A model generated the notes under the pieces. The model was not told the origin of the DNA. It ran no database searches and worked only from the letters and a program-made list of their open reading frames with translations. A stretch of DNA of 37,193 nt, taken from the IMG/VR virus record IMGVR_UViG_2534681832_000017, positions 1 to 37,193 of that record; one strand, written 5' to 3'. The translations under genes were made by a program, and so were the position numbers. Of the stretch, positions 1 to 8,034 are shown one piece after another. Origin of the DNA: a virus. Lineage: Duplodnaviria; Heunggongvirae; Uroviricota; Caudoviricetes. Numbering within the stretch: the first letter of the stretch is position 1; each line of letters opens with the position of its first letter.

Positions 1-169
1 TATTCAGGTCTGCGCAGCACTCAACGGCATCGTCAAAATTATCAAAGCGCAGAGCTTCTGCGTCTTCTTCGTCAAAGAAGTCATCGTCGTGAAGCTTCAC
101 GACATAGCGGGGAAGTTTGCTTCTTTGAGGGGCAGGTTTTCGTTTACGGGGTTTAGCTGAACGGGACAT
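1..169 (-). CDS. hypothetical protein, N-terminal 56 codons only (gene runs off the left edge of the window)
   Basis: ATG at 167-169 (minus strand) with AGGT about 8 nt upstream; open to position 1; basic N-terminus MSRSAKPRKRKP; absent from ORF track because it is truncated. Confidence 0.3.
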   Translation of the reverse strand, partial: MSRSAKPRKRKPAPQRSKLPRYVVKLHDDDFFDEEDAEALRFDNFDDAVECCADLN

Positions 170-182
170 ATAACTACCTGAA

Positions 183-205
183 AGACAATGATATTGTCTG
201 TTTTT
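183..205 (+). terminator. putative rho-independent terminator
   Basis: 7-bp stem AGACAAT/ATTGTCT with 3-nt loop followed by GTTTTT. Confidence 0.3.
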
Positions 206-303
206 ATAACGGTAATTTCAGGCCATGACAAGCCGCAGCCGCCAGGCTGCCTACTCGAACTAAACGTATCTATATCAATGCCAGCGCGCGGCAGGCAGAG
301 GAT

Positions 304-768
304 ATGCTCGCGCTTATGCGTAAGTCTCTGGGTTCTCTTCCTGCTGTTCCCCTGAGTGTTGAAAATCCCATTGAATTAACGCTGACCGACTGGGTACGTG
401 ATGGTAGTGCTCCACAGGGATTTCAAATGGGGGATGCGGCAGAACTTAAGGCAGTGCTTGAGGATGGCGGTATTGCCCGAGTGAAAAAGCAGGATTTGGG
501 AAGCGATGAAATTTCCACACACCTGGAAGCTGGCAAGCTCGTCACTAAGTTGGCACTCGACTGGCAGAACCGCATTAAATTTACACTGGACCATAACTTC
601 AGCCTTACCAGCGTCAAATTTGCGGATGAATTGCTTGAGCAGAACTCTGATATTGATAGTGAAGATGTTGCGCAGCGACTGGACGCAGATTTCTTCCTGT
701 TGACCAGTGAAATTTCGTGCCTGGTTGATGCTCTGGTAAATGCCCTTGGCGGAGAGGCTAAGCAGTGA
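304..768 (+). CDS. RdgC-like recombination-associated protein, C-terminal half only (possible truncated hrdC-type gene)
   Basis: ORF track; recalled RdgC C-terminal signature ([25 protein letters not shown]...LGGEA); in-frame similarity continues upstream only to a stop at 226-228, so the N-terminal half is missing; GTGA overlap with next gene. Confidence 0.45.
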   Translation: MLALMRKSLGSLPAVPLSVENPIELTLTDWVRDGSAPQGFQMGDAAELKAVLEDGGIARVKKQDLGSDEISTHLEAGKLVTKLALDWQNRIKFTLDHNFSLTSVKFADELLEQNSDIDSEDVAQRLDADFFLLTSEISCLVDALVNALGGEAKQ

Positions 769-3700
769 AAGAGCTGTGCTATGGATCTGTTTGCAGTGGA
801 ATTGAAGCCGCGAGTATTGCCTGGGAACCGTTGGGTATGCGTCCGGCGTGGTTTGCTGAAATCGAGCCTTTTCCATCGGCCGTTCTTGCGCTCCGCTGGC
901 CCCATGTTGCCAACCTTGGCGACATGAAAAAACTTGCCAAAAAAGTCTTGGCTGGGGAAATCGAATCCCCTGACGTGCTCGTCGGGGGAACACCATGTTT
1001 TACCGCGGGGCATATGGTTCTTTGTAAAAATGGCTATAAACCAATAGAAAATGTTTGCCCTGGTGATTACGTAGTCAGTCATCTCGGGCGGTTACAACAA
1101 GTAAAAAGAGTTGGTTCAAAAATAGCTAATACGGGGTTACTTAATGCCGTTGGGCAGCCTTTAGGTATAAGAACAACCAATGACCATCCCTTCCTGGCTG
1201 TTCGGTGGAAAGCCCAAAACACCCGGAAAAATGGCACATATTTTAAGAGAGAGTTGTTGTCTGAACCGGAATGGCGAGCAGCATGTGATATGCCGGGATA
1301 TCAATGGTGCGCTCTAACTAATTTCAATATTGCATTTCCAGATATTTGTTCTCGGTTCTTGTCTGAAGAACAGGCTATGTATCTTGCGGGCGCTTATGTT
1401 GGCGATGGATATATTAGGAGATGGAGAGGTAAATCTAAGAAGGCGGTTGTTTTTGGCATAAATTGCCAGAAATTGAGAAAGTTTCATTGCCGCATACCAG
1501 AAAACATATTTTCCGTGGCAAGCGAAATCCGAGGGAGCATCAAAGTAACCTTGAATGATACGTGTTATGCCAATTGGCTTAATGAACATTTTGGCGAGTT
1601 AAGCCATGCTAAGCGTATCCCTGCATGGGTGATGTCGCATCCATTGCGTCATGTGTTTTTACAAGGCTATCTTGATACTGATGGGACACCAAGTGGTAAA
1701 GCGGGATTTAGAATTAATAGTGTTAGTTCTGCGCTTGCTTGGGGCGTTGCGGGGTTGTCACAGACTTGTGGTTATGTTTCTTCGGTCAGCTTTATTGAAG
1801 TTGAGCCCAAAAAAGTGATCGAGGATCGCGTGGTAAATCAACGGAATTATTATCAGGTAACAATCTGCCCGCAGAAATTGTCACGTAAATCAAGATTGGC
1901 TCATGGAATGCTTTTACGAACAGTCAAAGAGTTTAAATCGGTAGGCCTAGATACTGTATACAACATAGAAGTCGAAGGTGATCATTCCTATATCCTCAAT
2001 GGTGCGGTGGTCCATAACTGTCAGGCATTCAGTATCGCGGGATTACGTGGTGGGCTTGATGATGAGCGTGGCGCGCTAACTTTAAAGTATGTGGAGCTTG
2101 CAAATGCAATTGACGACAAACGGGCTGAGTCATTTCTCAAACCAGCCGTTATCGTCTGGGAAAATGTCCCAGGAGTCTTGTCATCGGCAGATAACGCCTT
2201 CGGATGTTTCCTTGCCGGATTGGCTGGAGAAGATGTGCCATTTGAACCAGGTGATCGACCTGAATCAGGAAAAAGCAACGCGTTCTGGCGGTGGGATGGC
2301 AAAACCGGTTGCCATGTTCCAAAGTGGCCGCAGTGTGGTTGTATTTATGGACCGCAGCGAAAAGTGGCTTGGAGAATCCTTGATGCCCAATACTTCGGAG
2401 TGGCACAACGACGCCGACGCGTGTTTGTTGTCGCAAGTGCTCGAACAGATCTCGATCCCGCAACGGTACTTTTTGAGTTCGAAGGCGTGCGCCGGAATAT
2501 TGCGCCGAGCAGAGGCGAGGGGAAGGAAACTACCAGATATACTTCAAACATCGCTATCAGAACTTGCGATGATACAAACATAATTGCCATGGCACATGGG
2601 CAAGGAGGGGCTGAGATAAAAACCGATAATTCGGCACCAACTTTGACATGTAACCATGAAGCACCAATTGTATTGCTCGGCGACGGTAGAATGCGCCGTC
2701 TTACCCCTGTCGAATGTGAAAGGCTGCAAGGTTTTCCTGATTGGCATACGTTGATCCCTACGGAAAAGCGTAAAAAAGTTAATTCAGATGAACTGGCATA
2801 TCTGCACAATCACTATCCAGATTTAAGCGAAGAAGAGGCCGCAATGCTTGCAGCTGACGGACCGCGTTACAAAGCGATCGGCAATAGTATGGCAATACCA
2901 GTAATGCGCTGGATTGGCGATCGGATTACTAAGGCCGTATGTCGGCAGAAAGAAGGAAGTGAAACAAAAGAGCGAAAAGTTAAACCAGCGGCAGAATTCG
3001 AACGGTCCATATTCAAATGGGCTGGTGGAAAATTTGGTGTTCTGGAACAAATCTTTCGCTATTTGCCAGAAGGGAAGCGCCTGATTGAACCTTTCGTTGG
3101 TGGCGGAGCTGTCTTCATGAATGCCGGATACCAGGAAAATCTGCTAAATGATGTGAATGCTGACCTGATTAACTTTTACAAGACTCTGCAACGCGAGGCG
3201 CATTCACTTATCACTCTGGCACATCGTTTCTTCCAGGACTACAACACACAGGAAGGATACCTGGCAGTACGGAATGCGTTTAACAAACAAGTCTATGATG
3301 ATTTACATCGCGCAGCGGCGTTTTTGTTCCTGAACCGACATTGTTTTAACGGATTGACGCGTTACAACCAGGCCGGTGAGTTCAATGTCGGTTATGGGAA
3401 GTATAAAACTCCGTATTTCCCATTACAGGAGATGGAAGCCTTCCTCGGTGCGGAAGGGCGGTCTGAGTTTGTATGCGGTGATTTTGCAGCGGTGATTGAA
3501 GCTGCCGGAGAAGGAGATGTCATCTTTTGCGATCCGCCGTATGAACCGCTTCCAAATACAGAGGGATTCACGAACTATTCCGGTCATGACTTTAAGTTTG
3601 AAGAGCAAAAACGCCTGGTGTCTCTGTTGACGGATGCTCATCGTCGAGGTGCAAAGGTTCTCATTACTAACAGTGGCGCGCCAAACATCAGAGAGCTTTA

Positions 3701-3806
3701 TCATGACAGTGGCTTCAGAGTGGAACCTCTTTTTGCCAGACGTTCTGTGTCTTGTAAGGGGGACACTCGAGGTGTAGCTCATGACGTTTTTGGTATATTG
3801 CTCTAA
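765..3806 (+). CDS. dmt: bifunctional DNA methyltransferase: N-terminal C5-cytosine MTase (interrupted by intein) fused to C-terminal Dam-type N6-adenine MTase
   Basis: GTG start coupled to upstream gene; C5 motifs: GGTP|CQAFSIAG (PCQ, split by insert), [28 protein letters not shown]; Dam motifs: [24 protein letters not shown]. Confidence 0.85.
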   Translation: MKELCYGSVCSGIEAASIAWEPLGMRPAWFAEIEPFPSAVLALRWPHVANLGDMKKLAKKVLAGEIESPDVLVGGTPCFTAGHMVLCKNGYKPIENVCPGDYVVSHLGRLQQVKRVGSKIANTGLLNAVGQPLGIRTTNDHPFLAVRWKAQNTRKNGTYFKRELLSEPEWRAACDMPGYQWCALTNFNIAFPDICSRFLSEEQAMYLAGAYVGDGYIRRWRGKSKKAVVFGINCQKLRKFHCRIPENIFSVASEIRGSIKVTLNDTCYANWLNEHFGELSHAKRIPAWVMSHPLRHVFLQGYLDTDGTPSGKAGFRINSVSSALAWGVAGLSQTCGYVSSVSFIEVEPKKVIEDRVVNQRNYYQVTICPQKLSRKSRLAHGMLLRTVKEFKSVGLDTVYNIEVEGDHSYILNGAVVHNCQAFSIAGLRGGLDDERGALTLKYVELANAIDDKRAESFLKPAVIVWENVPGVLSSADNAFGCFLAGLAGEDVPFEPGDRPESGKSNAFWRWDGKTGCHVPKWPQCGCIYGPQRKVAWRILDAQYFGVAQRRRRVFVVASARTDLDPATVLFEFEGVRRNIAPSRGEGKETTRYTSNIAIRTCDDTNIIAMAHGQGGAEIKTDNSAPTLTCNHEAPIVLLGDGRMRRLTPVECERLQGFPDWHTLIPTEKRKKVNSDELAYLHNHYPDLSEEEAAMLAADGPRYKAIGNSMAIPVMRWIGDRITKAVCRQKEGSETKERKVKPAAEFERSIFKWAGGKFGVLEQIFRYLPEGKRLIEPFVGGGAVFMNAGYQENLLNDVNADLINFYKTLQREAHSLITLAHRFFQDYNTQEGYLAVRNAFNKQVYDDLHRAAAFLFLNRHCFNGLTRYNQAGEFNVGYGKYKTPYFPLQEMEAFLGAEGRSEFVCGDFAAVIEAAGEGDVIFCDPPYEPLPNTEGFTNYSGHDFKFEEQKRLVSLLTDAHRRGAKVLITNSGAPNIRELYHDSGFRVEPLFARRSVSCKGDTRGVAHDVFGILL
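996..2018 (+). mobile_element. intein (341 codons) with LAGLIDADG homing-endonuclease domain, inserted at catalytic Cys of the C5-MTase PCQ motif
   Basis: Insert begins CFTAGHMV (Hint block A-like), contains TTNDHPF (block B-like), [12 protein letters not shown] (1380-1415) and [11 protein letters not shown] (1656-1688), ends NGAVVHN followed by Cys+1 (2019); excision restores [12 protein letters not shown]. Confidence 0.8.
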
Positions 3807-3813
3807 TAAATTT
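3797..3813 (+). promoter_or_regulatory. C1-type operator (exact 17/17 match to ATTGCTCTAATAAATTT), overlaps dmt stop codon
   Basis: Exact match to the asymmetric 17-bp P1 C1 operator consensus as I recall it. Confidence 0.6.
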
Positions 3814-3987
3814 ATTAGTGTAATATCGCCTCAATGAATCGTGATTTATAGAGCGATTTAGCTGTTAGCCGCGACAGGCGCGGCGGTAAGCATGGCTGGG
3901 CCTAGTCCTCCCAGACAAACCACCGAGTTGCCAGGTTGACCATGCGCCTAAGTGGCAACGCCGAAGTGCGTTACGAGCTTCCAGTTT

Positions 3988-4013
3988 GCCCATCTTCGGG
4001 TGGGCGTTTTTTT
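3988..4013 (+). terminator. rho-independent terminator
   Basis: Stem GCCCATC/GGTGGGC with TTCG tetraloop followed by T7 run. Confidence 0.6.
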
Positions 4014-4479
4014 CAGGGTTTTCGTCATGGTTAGCGACTTTGCGGCGGTTTAGAAACTGACCATTAAAGTAAATGCAAACGATGATCTGATGATGGTAGC
4101 GGCCTAAGAAGCCAGATGCCACGGGGTATGAGTCGTCCCCCGTCAAAAAAATCGACCGCAGAGTGTCCCCGTCTGTGTATTAGGGAACGGGGAGGCACAA
4201 CAGGTAAGGGCGCTGGTGTGATTAACCAGATGAACGAGAAGGGGCCATCTGTTGGTCAGCGTCCTTTCCTGTTGCGTTTTCTTTTCAGCGTAACAGCGGT
4301 GCTTAACAGCACTTTGGGTACAGTTCCACGAATTTACGGGTATATCCCGTCATGCTGAAGGCGCTAATCACGCTGGAAGCCAGGGTTGTGCATCCCCTGT
4401 TACCGAATTGCAGCTAGGGCGCGGTGCGCCGAAAAGCATACGGAGGTGGAAGCCCTCGCCGGAGACGTACCCGGCAAGT

Positions 4480-4555
4480 GATGGTGTAGCTCAGCGGTTA
4501 GAGCAGTTGGCTGTTAACCAACTGGTCGGTAGTTCGAATCCACCCACCATCGCCA
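4480..4555 (+). tRNA. tRNA-Asn (anticodon GUU)
   Basis: Cloverleaf: acceptor GATGGTG/CACCATC, D-arm GCTC-AGCGGTTA-GAGC, anticodon loop CTGTTAA, T-loop TTCGAAT, discriminator G, encoded CCA; one A-C mismatch in T-stem. Confidence 0.8.
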
Positions 4556-4560
4556 CTTTA

Positions 4561-4647
4561 GGGGAGTTAGTCCGTAGGGGTAGCGGGGTAGACTGTAAAT
4601 CTACTGTCATTGCGACTCGGGTGGTTCGACTCCATCACTCCCCACCA
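4561..4647 (+). tRNA. tRNA-Tyr-like (anticodon GUA), type II with long variable arm; non-canonical D-arm
   Basis: Acceptor GGGGAGT/ACTCCCC 7 bp, anticodon arm GTAGA-CTGTAAA-TCTAC, variable arm with GTC/GAC hairpin, T-arm GGTGG-TTCGACT-CCATC, encoded CCA; D-stem only forms with a 3-4 nt linker after the acceptor stem. Confidence 0.55.
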
Positions 4648-4651
4648 CATT

Positions 4652-4727
4652 GCCGATTTAGCTCAGTTGGTAGAGCAGTCGCTTTGTAAGCGAATGGTCA
4701 GCGGTTCGATCCCGTTAATCGGCACCA
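4652..4727 (+). tRNA. tRNA-Thr (anticodon UGU)
   Basis: Acceptor GCCGATT/AATCGGC, D-arm GCTC-AGTTGGTA-GAGC, anticodon loop TTTGTAA, T-loop TTCGATC, encoded CCA; resembles E. coli tRNA-Thr(UGU) from memory. Confidence 0.85.
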
Positions 4728-4731
4728 ACAT

Positions 4732-4807
4732 AACAGGTAAGAGCATTCTCCCTTATGGGGCCTGGCTTAAATGCATCGAGTGCTCTTACCGTTGTGATGA
4801 AGTGCAG
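4732..4807 (+). repeat. extended hairpin element A (stem about 13 bp, 35-nt loop, conserved 3-prime tail)
   Basis: AACAGGTAAGAGCA pairs with TGCTCTTACCGTTG; tail GTTGTGATGAAGTGC shared with elements B and C. Confidence 0.5.
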
Positions 4808-5098
4808 ATCTTAGAAGCAACCAGAAGATAAGCATCTGGCTTCACAACATAAACCGCAGGAACGACCAATAAACGGTAGTCCGTATGGAGAACACCCCGT
4901 TGAGGAAGAGGCCTGGCCGGAACCGTAACCGGCGACTGGTAATGTGTGTAAATGGAGCGAAATATGTGGGCGTTTAACGGGATACGGGTTGTAACAGCGA
5001 TTATTAACGGCGAACTTAAGTATTCACGTTTCGAGACAAATGAACGTGATGGGAAATGTATTGGTGTGCGGTTAGTAAGAGAATACGCATAACAACTA

Positions 5099-5203
5099 CA
5101 ACGTTGAGAACACTGGCGTAACGGGGTCATATCCCAATCTACGAATAAATGTTGCGTTGCCGCGTGACAACCAGTGTTCTCAACATTGTGGTGAATGCAC
5201 AGG
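5099..5203 (+). repeat. extended hairpin element C (perfect 14-bp stem, 54-nt loop with nested CGTA...TACG hairpin)
   Basis: GTTGAGAACACTGG (5103-5116) pairs with CCAGTGTTCTCAAC (5171-5184); loop contains GTAACGGGGTCATATCCCAATCTAC; tail ATTGTGGTGAATGCAC. Confidence 0.5.
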
Positions 5204-5373
5204 CTGATGTGCCGCAACTACAGTAGTGCGCGCTTTGCGGGGCTTGCTACAACCCTGTGTCGGAGTTCAGCACCGACCATCACAGTTTGATTCTCTGGCA
5301 TGAGCATAACGCTGAAATAAGTCCAGTCTGGTGCGGTCTGATCACCCGCCGTTAGCTCCACGAAACGGAGCAC

Positions 5374-5461
5374 GTAACAGGTAAGAGCATTCTCCTGTAA
5401 CGGGTTCATATCCCAATCTACAGGTCCACCAAGAATGCTCTTTCCGTTGCGGTGAATGCGG
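5374..5461 (+). repeat. extended hairpin element B (11-17 bp stem, nested CCTGTA...TACAGG hairpin)
   Basis: AAGAGCATTCT (5383-5393) pairs with AGAATGCTCTT (5432-5442); loop contains GTAACGGGTTCATATCCCAATCTAC; tail CCGTTGCGGTGAATGCGG. Confidence 0.5.
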
Positions 5462-5604
5462 CTAAGCGCACGCGGGGAAATGGTTATATCTGTCCATTAT
5501 TTCTCCTTGTTTCCACGTCCACGGTGGATAACCAGCCAAAGGACACCGGGAGGAACCCGGCACCGCAATCTAATAAATATGTCACTTTTATTGAGGGATA
5601 ACCA

Positions 5605-6039
5605 ATGTTCGGTAAATTGTTCGGCAAGAAAGTCGCTTCTGCAAAAGTAGAGCTGAAAAAAGTTGAGAATCGCGATCTGATGGAGGCCATTATCGGTGGC
5701 TGTTTGTTGGTGTCTGCCGCTGATGGTGAAATCGAAAAAGAAGAAACAGCGAAACTTGATCAGCTTGTCCGCTCTAATCCGCGTCTTAGTCATTTTGGTA
5801 ACGAAATTACTGCAACAATTACCCGCTTTACCGAGCAACTGGAAGCTGGCTTCCGTGTTGGTCGCATGAATATCCTTCGCGAAATTGAAGATATCAAAAA
5901 CGATCCAAAAGAAGCGGAAGAAGTATTCGTTAACATGCTGACAATTGCAGAAGCGGACGGTGAAATCGAGCCAGCAGAACACAAAGTACTGGAAGAAGTA
6001 GGCCGTCGTTTAGGTCTTCGTGTGGAAGATTATCTGTAA
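5605..6039 (+). CDS. tciA: TerB-like (tellurite-resistance family) protein
   Basis: ORF track; SD GAGGGA; repeated ADGEIE motifs (SAADGEIEKEE, IAEADGEIEPAE) typical of TerB-like proteins; position matches my recollection of P1 tciA. Confidence 0.6.
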   Translation: MFGKLFGKKVASAKVELKKVENRDLMEAIIGGCLLVSAADGEIEKEETAKLDQLVRSNPRLSHFGNEITATITRFTEQLEAGFRVGRMNILREIEDIKNDPKEAEEVFVNMLTIAEADGEIEPAEHKVLEEVGRRLGLRVEDYL

Positions 6040-6203
6040 TGGCAAGCAAGGCACGTATCGCAATCGCCATTGGTTTTCTCTTGCTGTCCGTGCTGGTGGA
6101 TTTCACCAGCACAATCCTGTCAGTTTTATCGGACGGGGCGTTGGTGGCAGTAGCTGTAACATTGGTATGGCCGATATTTAAAACAGCTTCGAAGGATCAG
6201 TGA
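6039..6203 (+). CDS. small membrane protein (54 aa)
   Basis: TAATG overlap with upstream gene; hydrophobic MASKARIAIAIGFLLLSVLV; not in ORF track (under 60 aa). Confidence 0.45.
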   Translation: MASKARIAIAIGFLLLSVLVDFTSTILSVLSDGALVAVAVTLVWPIFKTASKDQ

Positions 6204-6310
6204 TGGGCTTCTGGGATTTTGCTGACAAGTATCCAATTGTTCTCATTATTATTGTTGCCATAGTTGTAGGCGGCATTGTTAGCGCCATTGAAGCACTTAG
6301 TAAACAGTAA
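6203..6310 (+). CDS. small membrane protein (35 aa)
   Basis: TGATG overlap with upstream ORF; single hydrophobic helix PIVLIIIVAIVVGGIVSAI. Confidence 0.4.
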   Translation: MGFWDFADKYPIVLIIIVAIVVGGIVSAIEALSKQ

Positions 6311-6313
6311 TCC

Positions 6314-6389
6314 GGCCCCTTAGCTCAGTGGTTAGAGCTGGCGACTCATAATCGCACGGTCACCGGTTCAAGTCCGGTAGGGGCCACCA
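6314..6389 (+). tRNA. tRNA-Ile2-like (anticodon CAU; body resembles E. coli ileX rather than tRNA-Met)
   Basis: Acceptor GGCCCCT/AGGGGCC, D-arm GCTC-AGTGGTTA-GAGC, anticodon loop CTCATAA, T-loop TTCAAGT, encoded CCA. Confidence 0.75.
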
Positions 6390-6669
6390 TATTTGGTTGT
6401 AACACGGCGTCTGGCACATGCGTCGTTAGCGGTCTGGTGACGTTAAAGGGGTAACCTTTCCCCTAGCTCAGGCAACAAACCAGGTAGCCGGAATGTGCAA
6501 GCCCCGTTCATAGCGTCGGACTGCGGATTCACCATCCTGGCGATTCGGTGTGACAGCCGGGAAGAGTCCGGCGCATTAATCCTGATTTTCTGGTGATGAC
6601 TCATATCGTTAGGAGTGATTTGAGTATGCCGATTATATCTGACATTCAGCACGCCTGGGTGGAGTGCTA

Positions 6670-8034
6670 ATGTCTGCATCCCCTCTTGAATCCATGCCAA
6701 ATTCCCTTAGTGCAGAACAAGCTGTACTTGGTGGCTTAATGCTTGATAACTGCCGCTGGGATGAAGTTGCAGATCGTATAGTTGCTGATGATTTTTATAC
6801 CAGTGCTCATCGTGAAATTTTCAGTGAGATGGAGAGGTTATTAAGTCATGGCAAACCGATTGATTTGATAACACTTGCTGAAGCACTTGAACAGAACGGT
6901 AAATTAGAACGCGCCGGTGGTTTTGCGTACCTTGCGGAGATGTCAAAGAACACGCCCAGCGCGGCAAATATTTGTGCTTATGCGGATATCGTTCGTGAAC
7001 GCGCGGTTGTTCGTGAAATGATTTCCGTCGCAAATGAAATAGCTGAAGCTGGATATGCGCAGGATGGCAGGGGCAGCAATGAATTGCTGGATATGGCCGA
7101 GCGCCGCGTTTTTGAAATAGCTGAAAAACGACAAAAGAGCGGTAGTGGTCCAAAAGATATCGCCAGCATTCTCGATGCAACGGTATCTCGCATAGAAGAG
7201 TTGTTTCAGCGACCGCATGATGGTGTAACGGGGCTTGATACCGGATTTACCGATCTCAATAAGAAGACGGCAGGACTTCAGGCGTCCGATCTCATTATTG
7301 TCGCCGCCCGCCCATCGATGGGGAAGACTACGTTTGCGATGAATCTCGTCGAAAATGCCGCAGCCCGTAACGATAAGCCCGTATTGGTTTTTAGCCTTGA
7401 GATGCCGAGCCACCAGCTGATGATGCGCTCACTGGCTTCTCTTGCACGCGTTGATCAGACTCGTATTCGAACAGGGCAACTTAACGACGAGGATTGGGCG
7501 CGGGTTTCTGGCGCAATGGGGATTCTGTTGGACAAGCAGAATATTTTTATTGATGACTCAAGCGCCCTGACACCTACAGAGCTTCGTTCCCGCGCTCGTC
7601 GTGTTTATAAAGAAAATGGTGGTTTGAGCATGATTATGATCGACTACCTGCAACTTATGCGCGTCCCCGAGCTGCAAGATAACCGAACGCTGGAAATTGC
7701 CGAGATTTCTCGCTCACTGAAGGCTTTGGCGAAGGAATTACAAGTACCGGTGGTGGCATTGTCACAACTTAATCGATCGCTTGAACAGCGTGCGGACAAA
7801 CGACCGGTAAATTCAGATTTACGTGAATCAGGAGCAATTGAGCAGGACGCAGACCTGATCATGTTTCTGTATCGCGACGAAGTTTATCACCCGGATAGCG
7901 AAATGAAGGGCATTGCCGAGGTAATTATCGGAAAGCAACGAAATGGCCCAATTGGCACGGTGAGATTGGCTTTTAACGGCCAATACTCACGGTTTGATAA
8001 CTATGCCGGTGCTGACTGGCAAGAGGATTATTAA
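6670..8034 (+). CDS. ban: replicative DNA helicase, DnaB family
   Basis: ORF track (ATG 6670 with GGAG SD preferred over GTG 6664); Walker A ARPSMGKTTFA; DnaB-type N-terminus AEQAVLGGLMLDN; RecA-like C-terminal motifs. Confidence 0.85.
   Translation: MSASPLESMPNSLSAEQAVLGGLMLDNCRWDEVADRIVADDFYTSAHREIFSEMERLLSHGKPIDLITLAEALEQNGKLERAGGFAYLAEMSKNTPSAANICAYADIVRERAVVREMISVANEIAEAGYAQDGRGSNELLDMAERRVFEIAEKRQKSGSGPKDIASILDATVSRIEELFQRPHDGVTGLDTGFTDLNKKTAGLQASDLIIVAARPSMGKTTFAMNLVENAAARNDKPVLVFSLEMPSHQLMMRSLASLARVDQTRIRTGQLNDEDWARVSGAMGILLDKQNIFIDDSSALTPTELRSRARRVYKENGGLSMIMIDYLQLMRVPELQDNRTLEIAEISRSLKALAKELQVPVVALSQLNRSLEQRADKRPVNSDLRESGAIEQDADLIMFLYRDEVYHPDSEMKGIAEVIIGKQRNGPIGTVRLAFNGQYSRFDNYAGADWQEDY

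Noticed and set aside
376-2809. Minus-strand and alternative-frame ORFs inside dmt (e.g. 376-996, 423-1082, 2089-2583, 2149-2463, 2345-2809)
   Set aside because: They lie within a gene whose frame carries conserved methyltransferase and intein motifs; treated as shadow ORFs.
3797-3813. Reading the recurring ATTGCTCTAATAA motif as a T4-like or Lpa-dependent late promoter
   Set aside because: The full 17-mer matches the asymmetric C1 operator consensus as I recall it, and it sits upstream of the c4 immunity modules and the early-type genes rather than specifically upstream of structural genes.
4480-4727. tRNA cluster as a prophage attachment site with an adjacent integrase
   Set aside because: No integrase or recombinase gene is present in the window and the tRNAs are divergent from host genes; they look like phage-encoded tRNAs.
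4116-4831. ORFs 4116-4358, 4408-4689 and 4610-4831 as protein genes
   Set aside because: They read straight through the three tRNA genes and their leader; the tRNA structures explain the sequence better.
4786-5409. Minus-strand ORFs 4786-5217 and 5218-5409
   Set aside because: They overlap the covarying hairpin elements, have no ribosome-binding site and an implausible composition; a 42-codon plus-strand ORF at about 4964-5092 with a GGAG site was also left unannotated as too weak.
4732-5461. Possible CRISPR array or type III antitoxin repeat array, given the repeated hairpin-forming units
   Set aside because: Only three units, of 76-105 nt with irregular spacing, inverted rather than direct repeats, and different stem sequences; no cas genes or toxin gene adjacent.
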